A DNA stretch of 64,000 nt from Amphiscolops sp. MND2022. Lineage: Eukaryota. This document shows, piece by piece, positions 1 to 10,500 of the stretch (within the stretch, counting starts at the first letter, position 1; every line of letters starts with the position of its first letter). The stretch is taken from assembly GCA_964187785.1 (NCBI GenBank), contig OZ076409.1, positions 41,170,001 through 41,234,000 on the forward strand, read 5' to 3'. A program made the translations under genes and the position numbers. The notes beneath the pieces are model-generated. The model ran no database searches and was not told the DNA's origin. It saw only the letters and a list, made by a program, of their open reading frames with translations.

Positions 1-2688
1 AGTATTTCTCCGACAGTTGCCTCTCCAATGGTTTCTAGTAGCTCGTCCGTTTGCGTGGGGGTCAGCGAAAACTCGGAAGTTAGCACTTCAAGGTTCCATC
101 CCAGACCTAGACTGGTACAGAAGGCTTCCAATGGACAATTGAGCTCTCGAGCTACTTCTGCTAGAGTCCTGGTAGCAAACCTAGTCTTGTACCAATAGGC
201 GTGAGTGGTAGCTGCGGCGTCGACCTCGGCCTTCAGATTGGTTGCTTCAATTGCCACGATGCACCGCAGTCCTACAGACAGCTTCACGGGCTCGATTCCT
301 GAGGCGAAGTGGATCTGTGGGATTGTCCTCTCAACGGTGCGCGCTGCAGGCCATGCACCGATTTGTTTTGTCAGTTCGGCTAACTCTGCACGCACTGGGA
401 TTTCTTTGTCCTTTCGCATCAGCCAATTGTACCGACGAACAGCCTCTCGTTCGGTCACATTTGACTCTCGGGCGATGCGGTTGCCTTCAAGGTCGAAGGC
501 CATTCTGCCCATCCGCATTCCATGATCATAGAGGAGAGCGTCGTCAATGGTTAGCTGGGCATTTCCCGAGCGTTCTATAGCAACGAGCGCTCTAGATACA
601 GCGGCAAAGAAGGCTGGATACGATAAGGTATCTGGGCGCAGGTCCTCTCGGTCGACACGCAAGTTTGGTGCACAGATAGCGAATTCGACTCTGCGCGCCT
701 TGCATAACTCCAGCAGGATGTAGACGAACTGCTGCAGACTTCGTGGCCAGTACATAAATCCTGGTGGGGATACAAAGAGCGCGAGCGCTCCCAGACGACC
801 CCAAAGGATCCCTGCGGCACGTTCCATTGCACCGACAACCTCATTTACTAGGGCTGCAATGTCTCCAGGTCGTCGGAAATTGGACATTATGGCGTCTAGG
901 TCACGCAGCAACCCTTCGCAAGCCATGTGATCCAGAAGATTGGCAAGGATCACGCGCTGTGGGGGTGGCTCCTTCTGTGATCCTCTTAGGTTTGGATCGT
1001 ATATGGCTCCAACCATCTTAGCGATCTCAGCGAAGCGAGACAGGGGCATAGTCAGTACCAGCACGTCAGGCATCAAGTTGTCAATAGGCAGATCACTCCG
1101 GCAGGTAGAATCAACCGCCATGCAGTAGCTATGCTTTCCATAGGGGTTTCAGAGATCTCAAGTTGCGGGCGTAGCGGGCGTTCGCTTCCCATGTCTCACC
1201 TTCTCGCAACACATATCGTGCGGGGAATTGCTCGGTAATGTTATGTTGCAGGGGTGCCATGTAATCGTTAGTTGTCGTGGGCAGCTGCTCTCGAGTACGC
1301 TGTTCCCAAGCCTGCTCCGACATATCTGCGTCACGGGGGCGCAGCGAACGTGTAACCTGCGCCGGTATTGTGGTTCGATTGATTTCCTTTTGCTCCGTCT
1401 CAGTGGGAGGGGCCCTTTTCTTTATGGCGCATTGACTGGGGTAGAGATGCTCAGCCGCCATCCAAATGCGTTTGCTATCATTTGCGACTACTGAACCGGA
1501 TACGTCATCAGATGGAGGGAGGAAGGCTGGAGGGCGGGCCTCCTCCACCGTCTCAGGTATCTCCAGGGACATATCTATTGGATTCGTGCCCGAGGGCACA
1601 GAGCTCACTTCCGAGCCTGCGTCCGGATCTCCATACTGCTCGATTGCGTCCGCTAGAGACATCTGAGGCGCGCCTCGGCCTAGATGACCCACTCGGTATG
1701 GAGGCCTAGGGATGACTACTCTTTTCAGCTGGGGTCGAGGTACATCAGCGCGCTTGTCGGGAGGGGGACGACTAGTCGGGCTCTCGGTTACTGAGCCAGC
1801 TGGGGTGACTGAGGCAGTTTCTTCGGTTAGTCGCTTTCTCCCGGCTTCTTCTCATGTGCCAGTAGCAGCGCGTGCGCTGTTGCTTGGTCCAGCAGCAATT
1901 TCCACATCCATAGATGCCGTCTCGACTAAGGGAGCAGGGGGGTCACAGCCCGAGGGCTGAACAGCAGCTTGCAGATAAGTGGCTAGTCCAGGGATTCTCT
2001 GCTCTACGGCACGGACAAAATCGGAGGAATTCGGATAGTTGGCCACTGCTTGTAATGCCACAATTACGGCCTGTTCGCTGGTACTCCTTCCAGTTAGCTC
2101 TGGGTTAGGTATGGGTGGCAACCGGGACCCCGAGGGCTCCCGATCAGAGACTGGTGCACTAGTAGTGGTTTGCAGTACCATGTGTGGCGCTCGGTATGAG
2201 GTCCCAAAGGCAGGTGAACTGGAATAGGTTGGCGTCATTGGTACTGGTTTTGGTGCTGGTGGGGGCAATGCGACCATCTGAGGTGGTGGCATCGTTGCAA
2301 CGCTGACAGGCACCATACACAGGGAGGCTTCTTGCTCGAATCTCGTGCCCTGGCTGGGCCCAAGCATTGTGGTAGAGCGCTCATCCAAGAATTGATGCGT
2401 CAAATCGTGGCCATACCACGCATTGTTTTGGCAGGTTAGCGTGCGACGGTAAGCAGCTACTTCCGTCACCAGAGACACAGATACACCTGGCAGCGTCTGC
2501 ATCGTATCTAGTTGAGTGAGCAGGGCGGCCACGCCCGCTACCGCTAACGATGGAAGGCCGTTCCTCAGTCGTTCTTCTACATATTGGACTTGATTAGTCC
2601 TCTGCGCTCGCGCAGGCAATTCTTGAGACCTATTGCTATGAGGTCCCTTCCTGGGAATAGGCACCGTGTTGTTGGGGTAATAAGCCAT
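1..2688 (-). pseudogene. Extra ORF in env position (>890 codons): Pro-rich N-terminus plus degenerate SGNH-hydrolase-like domain; runs off the left edge
   Basis: ORFs 1852-2688 and 1129-1692 share a frame and are separated only by an in-frame TGA at 1852-1854. A 1-nt frameshift near 1135 leads into a stop-free frame from 1121 to 3 (MAVDSTCRSDLPIDNLMPDVLVLTMPLSR...VILANLLDHM...LFVSPPG...DLRPDTLSY...). Confidence 0.75.
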
Positions 2689-2700
2689 TATATCATAGGT

Positions 2701-2720
2701 CTAAAAAGGATTACCGTTAG
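2701..2720 (-). promoter_or_regulatory. Candidate branch point and splice acceptor for the extra ORF
   Basis: The minus strand reads CTAAC-ggtaat-CCTTTTTAG, 12 nt upstream of the ATG at 2688. Confidence 0.45.
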
Positions 2721-2975
2721 GCTTACCAGGTGCATTGTGGGGAGAGCTTAGGGCTCATCATCCAGTTACAATGGTACAAAGATGGCTCCATAAGGGAACC
2801 GCAACAGGTTTAAATTGTAGTTCAACTAACTAACTAGAACATAAAGATAGGAGTTATTTAACGATACGTTACAAGGTAATCATTCCATGGGATAGTTTAA
2901 GACTTCCTCCCAGACATAACAATTACCGGGGTGGATAAATTAAATAGGGATCAACAGAAAAGAGTTTTGGGCACG

Positions 2976-3450
2976 CTACTCCGGCCCTATGCTCAGAATG
3001 GACACGTACACGCGGTTATGCAGCACCACGTGAATGCCAGTGCCCTCAAGCAAATTCGTTAGGGTATGGTACAGGTTTACCAATGAGAGGGCGGGTCGCT
3101 CTGGATCCAGTATAGGTAGGTGGACCCTCGTGGATCCTTTCTCTATCAAACGCTGTATCAAGTGCGTCATACAACGTAGGTAATCGTCGGTGGGCAGCGG
3201 CGCACGCTGGTTTGCTCTAATTATCAGCAAGTGAATACTCTGATTTGGGTTTGGGTTGATATCAGGGGGAATGGTGAGAATCTCTCCCACCTTGGGGCGT
3301 AGGGAGAACACATTCTCCTTGCCACATTCTCGTAGCACGTACCGTAGGGCGGCTGAGTTGGTCTCTAGGTCAGCGGGACACGCTAACACCATATCACCTT
3401 CTACTTGTAGAAAATCTGTCACATCATATGAGAGGTGCTCTGTTGGGGCT
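2976..3450 (-). CDS. Macrodomain copy 2 (TARG1/OARD1-like), probable frameshifted C-terminus of Pol
   Basis: HLSYDVTDFLQVEGDMVLACPADL...LRPKVGEIL...IHLLIIR...PTDDYLRCMTHL...VHLPIL...LLEGTGIHVVLH follows the order of the TARG1-type macro motifs. Confidence 0.65.
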
Positions 3451-4710
3451 GGATGCAGAATCCCCGGTTAGATAATCTCTCTCCCGGCCCATTGTCGGCA
3501 GGTAAGCATACGCGGGGCGTACGCCCCTGGATTGCAGCCAGGTCTTGCCACACCGAGCGTGGCATCGCTCGATTATCACTGCTCGCCCTGACCCATGTGT
3601 CTAGGGCGCTCAAAGCGGCTTTTGGGGGAAGCGGAATCTCAAAAGTATGAGTCCACTCGTCCAGCAATCTAATGCGAGGATAATTGGTGAAACAAGTGAT
3701 GATTAGTTCCAACGACCACTCGAATTTCACTTTGCCACGATACCAGTCTATAATGTGGAAGCAAAGTATCAAGTCCGCAGTAGTGAGGGTCCTCAGACCT
3801 TCCAAGCAGGACAGTAGGTGCAGTGGTTCCACTATTGCCTCCACTCGTGGAGCAGTAACCAGCAACCACCAGTGCGGTGCTGGGCTGTATACTCCGCCCG
3901 GGTCCACGTGAATTCCGTATTTGTCACAGAGAAGATCAGCGGTGATGCATCGGACCATTTGCACAGGTTCCCGCTCAAAGTTGAAGGGTCCTAACGCAAT
4001 ATTGCTGGGTACTGGGGGCATCACCGTAGCGAGGGTAAACTCTAACCCTTTTCCGTCGCTAGTCCACTCCTTGAATCGAGGACATGGAGCTTTTGCTACT
4101 CCAGGTGATGATAACTTCTCCAGAATAGTATCCACGGGATGGTCTCCGTATCGTTCCAGGGAGGAATAAGTCTTTTCAGCTCTCACCGTAAGGCGATGTA
4201 CTAGATTTTCTCCCCGCTCCGGAGGAACTCCCCGGGCTCCAGTGGGAACCCTCCGGTTCTCATTGACGGCTAGCAAGCAGACACAGTCTCGCAGCCCACA
4301 GGTCCCGCATTTGTAGCGTGGCTGCCGCCTGCTTCTCAACTGGTATCGAGGGACTTCAGAAGTCTCGGTCGGCATTGCTGTTTCCGATGGCATTGTTGTC
4401 ATTGTTTCCTTCTTCCTCGTTCTTGCCTTCGCTCTGACCAGCCGTTTTCGCGTTTCGGGTGGTCTCCCCCTCCCCCTTTTGAGAGAAGGAGCGGTCTCCG
4501 TTCCGGGCAATGTCGTGGGAAGAGTAGGCACATTGGACTGAGCGTCGTCATCCTCGGTGGCGGACTTCGAAGGGAGGGAAGGAGCGGCCGGCCAAATGAG
4601 ATAGTTATTGAGGAAACTCGTCAGTGATGGATTTGTCAGTAATGGGGCCGATGTTCCCAATAATGAGGGCTGTTTTTCGGGAGAAGATATTTGTGGTGAC
4701 GGAGAGCGCG
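3419..4710 (-). CDS. Pol C-terminal extension: low-complexity region, AT-hook, Cys cluster, macrodomain copy 1
   Basis: Continues Pol across a frameshift at the GC run near 4705. KRGRGRPP at ~4457-4480, CGTCGLRDCVC at ~4278-4310, and VRCITADL...WLLVTAPR...LLSCLEGLR...LELIITCF at ~3655-4000. Confidence 0.7.
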
Positions 4711-7595
4711 CGCTCATGGTCTGAGAATAGTTGAGGTAGATGATGGGTAGGTGATATTGATTGATCTGAAGGGGGTTGGGGGACTTCGGGTTCCCCACGA
4801 TCAGCATCAACGGGATCAGGAGGTACCGGTAACATGATTTCGGATAGCTCATCGTCAGTGCCCGAGGTGGAGTAGTCGAACTGCTGGTAGTGCATGCGGG
4901 AACCTCCAGCACGCAACTTTGTGCGCAGACGGGTATCCATCCAATGATGCTTGCGCGAAGGCAAGGATATGTCAGATGCTTCTGAAAGTAGTTGTTCAGT
5001 TTTATATGAAGGCTGAGACTTATCGTCGTCAACCACATCAATAGAACGTTCAGGGTCAGGGACTATGAGTACCACTATTTCGCCGCTGTCCGCTTGCGCG
5101 GTGGTGAGCTCAAGGGGCCCACTGTGATGAGGTTTCAGGCGCTCAAAATGAACCTTTTGGCCTGTGTCCAACACGTAGACACGTCCTTCTTGAAAGACCT
5201 GTACTACTTTGTGCGGGCCACGCCAGGCGCGCATCAGTTTGGGGGAGCCTTTTTGCGGCACATAGCGGCAAAAAACCCAGACAAGCTCTCCTGGCTGGTA
5301 GGCTCGTGCCCGAATAGCACGATCATTATTCAATTTTTGGCGTAATTGGGCCTGGTGCGTATTGCGCCGGACCAAGTCGTGAATTTCTTGTTGGCGAGCC
5401 AACACATGATCCACATATGCCTCATGCGTATCAAAGGACTTGGCTGCAAATTCAGGGTACAAAAAGGTGAGGGGGATTGCTTTCTCAACACCCCTAGTCA
5501 ACATGTAGGGCGAGAAGCCTGTAGTGGCGTGCCTGGTAGAATTATAGGCACCGATCACTTCATCTAAGCATTGGTCCCAGTCGCGCATGCGGCGCGAGCA
5601 AAAGACTCGCAACAAGGTTAAGAGGGTGCGGTTTTGCCGTTCCACCAAACCTTGAGTTGGTGGATGTCCGGCGGTGGAGGTCACTTTAGTGACGTGAGCT
5701 GCCTTTAGGAACTCATTAGAGACTTCAGCAGTGAGGTTTGGAGCATTGTCTGATTGCATGCGAGTGGGGGTGCCGTGGCGGGCAAACCATTTCTGCAGCA
5801 GCAATCGTGAGGTGGTCACTGCGTCATAGTCGTGGTGACTACAAGGGACTGCCTCTGCAAATTTAGAGAAATGGTCTATGATGACCAAAATGCCGGTGTT
5901 GTTATCGTCAGAGGGGCAGATTTTTAAGTGGTCATACTGGACCAACTCGTTGAAATAGCCTCTCTGAATGTTTTTCAGTTGAAATCGTACGTCACCAGGC
6001 TTGTCACGTACTTGTTGGCAGGTGAGGCACTGGCCGACGTATCGACCGACGCTGCGCCGTATGCCGGGCCAAGTGTGGCGCTCTTGAATTCGAGCAACCA
6101 CTTTTGAGATACCTTGGTGTCCCATGGCGTCGTGCGCACGGAACAGAATTTCATGTTGATACAGCTGAGGCATTATGATCATGCACGGACGTTCGTGCAA
6201 TGGGCGTTGGGTGGGTGAGTATTGCACGCAAAGGACATCATTCTTGTTTATGAACAAGAATTCCTTTTTCTGGCGAAAATAGTTACGTGCGAATTCACGC
6301 ACGTTCTCGGGAAACACATCGTTATCTAGGGATTCACACTGCACGAGCTTTTTCAGTGCTAGCACATGGACGTCGCGGTTTTGGGCTAAGACCAAATCCT
6401 TGATCCCATGTACGGTATGAGTGTGTTCATGGAGCTCGGTGTCAATGTCCTTGAGGGCCATGATCGACTCGCGCACGCCACAAGGAGAATTCTGTAGCAT
6501 GGCGTTATTCGTTCCCGCCACAGAATAGATAGTGCGAGAGGGGACATTTACTGCATGCGTTGGCAGCAGGTAATCCTCGCTCGCCTCGGTGGTGACGTCT
6601 ATCCAGTCTTCAGGATAGTCTGGGTAGAAGACCTCATGCTTTTGCAGCACGGGTGGAGGCTTGGGCGGTAGAGGTGCGGCTAGCGCTTTTGCCTGTCGTT
6701 CTCGCTTGTTCGGTCGTTGCACACGGCGAAGCACACGAAGTGCTTGGTCAGGAGCCTTAGGCTCCAAGTTCTGCAGATGTGGTGGTAGGTCAGGATGATT
6801 TGGAATTATTCGACCTTGCAGGTCGAACCAGGGGGCTACGGGGAGGTTGTCGAATTCCTCGGCCGAGAGAAAATTCCAACGCTCTCCTGTAGCTGGCAGC
6901 TGCGCAAGCTGCTTTTCTCGGCATCGATAATCGTTGGGTCGTTTGCTCAAGCCATCAGCATTGCGGTGTTGAGATCGCGGTCTGTGTTCCACACGAAAGT
7001 GATACCTGTCCAGCGTCATGATCCAACGTCCAATCAATGCTTGGTCTGTGGAGTAGGTTTTCAACCAGGATAGGGCTTGATTATCGACTCTCAGGGTGAA
7101 CTTTTGGGGGCAAAGGTAGCTGTGGTATTTCAGGATGAAGTAGTAGGCTGCAAACATTTCCAGTTTGGGTGCCCCATATTTGGCTTGGGTGGTGGTTAAT
7201 TTCTTGCTGCCGTATATGATCGGTCGCAGGCGTCGCTCTCCTGGAGCTCCTTGCCACTGGTGTAGGATACCGGAAATGGCAACGGCGCTGGCATCGGTGT
7301 CCAGCACAAACTCTCCTTCGGAATCAGGCTGCGCGAGCGCAGTCGCCTCGATCATTGCTTTCTTGATCTCGTTGAAGGCCTTTTGTTGTTCAGGGCCCCA
7401 TGCAAACGTGGCATTCAGTCCAATAACGGCGTGGAGGGGCGCAACCAGCTTGGCATTCCATGGGATAAATTCACGATAATATATAGCGAATCACAAAAAA
7501 CTTTGCATCTCTGTCTTGTTGCGAGGGATGTCCCAGTCGCGCAGTTTGGCAACAGCTTTCGGGTCCGGTTTGACACTTTCTGCGGAGACTACGCG
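4605..7595 (-). CDS. pol: Pol: RT thumb (frameshifted), RNase H, integrase
   Basis: RNase H motifs LDTDAS, KLEMFA, VDNQAL and NADGLS. Integrase motifs H-x4-H...CLTC, YDHL, SDNA, GLVERQN and WRGPH (GPY/F). Frameshifts near 7596 and 7495. Confidence 0.95.
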
Positions 7596-10500
7596 TCACA
7601 GATATTTGATTTCTGGTTTCACGAAGTCGCATTTGGCTACGCGCATCTTGAAGCCAGCCTCGCGAAGGCATTCAAAGACCTCGCGCAGACGCGCCATGTG
7701 ATCTTCCACAGTTTCCGTTGCTATAACTATGTCGTCGATGTATGCCATGACCATGCTGCCTTTGCGATTAACCATTTTTTGTAGCGCTCGCGCTATTGCT
7801 CGCTGGAAGATGGCTGATGCATTGCACAAGCCGAATGGCATTCTTCGCCATTCGAAGAGTCCCAACTCACAGGCAAAAGCTGTCTTGTGGCGGTCCGCCT
7901 TTCGCAAAGGAATTTGCCAGAAAGCCCAGGCAAGATCTATGCTAGTATAGATCTTTGCATTGCCCAGTCGCGCCAGGCTTTCGTCGATGCGGGGCAGGGG
8001 GTAGGCATCCTTAATGGTTACTTCATTCAGCGGTCGGAAGTCACAGCAAAAACGCAACTCCCCGCTTTTCTTTTTTACCATTACGATACCACTTGCCCAA
8101 GGGGACAGTGAGGGTTGTATCATCCCTAAGGCCAGTAGGCTCCGAACCTCCTGGTTGGCTCGTTCAGCCTTTTCGGGGGACATTCTGCGAGCACCTTCAC
8201 GGTGCGGTACAGCCCCAGGCTCTACCTCTATCGTGTGTTTAGCAATGGTACAGCGGCCAATATCCGCCTTACGCTTCATGAATAGGTCATCAAACTCGTT
8301 AAGAATGTTGTCCAAGGACTCGCAGGCGCTAGCGCCCCAGAGTTTTTTAACTTCTTGCAATTGAGAATCGGGCCCATGGATCGGGGCCAATAGGTCCGGA
8401 TCGGTGCGCTTAAGAATCTCGCGCTCCGAAAGCCCCGCTTCACTTGGATCCGTCGAAGACAAAAACTCAAATTCAGATGAAGAAGTCAACTCAGAAGCAG
8501 TGGATAGATTCATTTCACTGTACACTTTATAAACAAAATTTGCTCGGCTGTTGTCGGCTTCAGTTTTGTGGTCAGTTTCGGCAGTAGCATCCAGATTTTG
8601 GGGCACAGCCTGGTATACTAAAGACACAGGCACTACCGTGCCCAGGTGGGCACCACATCGTACACGCTGCTGGTTGCTGGTGAGGTTTATAAGACTCACA
8701 TACAATGTTCCTGTCTCACTGACAGTGGCCACGCTGTCCTCTAAAAAGATGGTATTTTGCAATGAGGGATCAGACAACGAGGCGTTAAGCGCCACGGTCT
8801 GGAATATTAATGGTTCAAGCGCGTCGGTGACAAGTTTAGCCTTTGCCACTGTACGCTCGAAAGGCTGTAGGACCAGGTCACTGTCCAGAGCAATGGGAGT
8901 AGTTAGCGAAGCATCACCTACCTGGGTGTGTGCATGATGCCAGACGGGCTTCACTGGTGCTCGCACCACTATCTTCATGGAGGTTAGGTCTACCAGGACT
9001 TGGTAGGAACGGAGGAAGTTTCGACCCAGCAGAAAGTCCTCCACACCCATTGCGTCATCTACCACGACAAAATTGGTTTCGGGTTCGTACCCTCCCAACT
9101 GGGAGCGTACCTGCTCAGCCAACCCGAAAGTCTTTATTGTCTTCCCATTGGCAGCGTACAAATCAATTTGATAGGGTTTCAGGACCGCACCGGTCCGTGC
9201 AGCTACCCGGTTAAAGGCGGAGAAGGTTAGTATGGACACCCCGGAACCAGTATCCACCAAGCCTCGCAGTGGGATAGGTGCCGCATGGGGCACCACAAAG
9301 GAGACAACAAGCGACGCACGCTCATCTATCCGCGCTTCCCCGGTGGGTTCTTGGTGGTTGATATTATAGCATTTCAGCTCTTGAGGTCCCAAGCATAAGC
9401 CGGGTGGGAATACATCTACCACCACACAGGCCTCGAACTTCACGTCCACGCCGTCCATCGTTGCACAAACTGGTACTGGCGAGTATGTAGTCAGGGTCTC
9501 CGACTCTCCAGGGACGTACCACTGTTTTGGGCGGGGCAACTCCATCCGGTTATAGAGGACAGATAGCTCAACCCAGAGTTTCGCAAAGGTTAGCGTTGGT
9601 CTACGCACCTGCTCGGCTGCCAGCATCAGATGAATCGAGATCAACGTTCTCCCTTGCGGATCGAACGTGGTGGGCTCCAAGCACGTTTGAATCTGCTTTG
9701 TTCCGCATGTGACTATCAGTGGGGGATGAAACGCTGGAGGTTCCGCTGGGTGCAGCATTAACACGCGATCATCCTCCAGGGCTACAGTGTGGGCGGCCAC
9801 ACCAGCGGATTCCACCTCGGCCCATCGATTGTAGGCCAATTCATCGTTAGGCCTTGGAGCTTGAGAATGCTCACCGCAGGGGACATCCACATGGTCATAG
9901 ACTCCACAGTGCGCACACTGATGAATGCCTGGATAATTCTCCAACACGCCATCAGTTACGTCTTCAGCAGTGACTTTCACGCCTTCTGGCTCGGGAGCTG
10001 CTACTGGTTTGCGAGCCTGATCGCGGGTGGGACAGTCCCGGGCAAAATGCCCAGCTTGACCGCAATTGAAGCATGCGCCAACGGGTAGGCGTGCCGCAGG
10101 CTGCGCTGCTGCCTGATTTGGCGGGGCATTGCTCGCCGGTGGGGGAGGCAATACTCCTTGTGGTAACACCATTTTGTTGGGAGGTAGTGGCGCGAAGGGA
10201 TGAAGTCTAGACCTCATTGCTAGCCTGGGGTCATAGCGTTGAGGGAATTGGTTGGGTTTGGGACGATTGCGCTGCAATTGGCGGGTGGTGAAGCGAAGGG
10301 ATTCCACCGTAGGTGGTTCGGTCAGGAAGACTTCCGAGGCATACACTATAGCAAGTTCCCGCCTCAGCGCTGGGTCTCGTACGCCTTCCATGAAGCGCTG
10401 GAGGATTTCGTAGCGCTTGGTATTGATTGTCTCTTGCGGGAATCCTTGACTTCTAAGACCCTCTAGAGCGTCTAAAAACTGCATCCAGTCTTCTTTCTCA

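Noticed and set aside
1..2688. Canonical env gene
   Set aside because: No signal peptide, furin site plus fusion peptide, or TM anchor is seen in the visible part.
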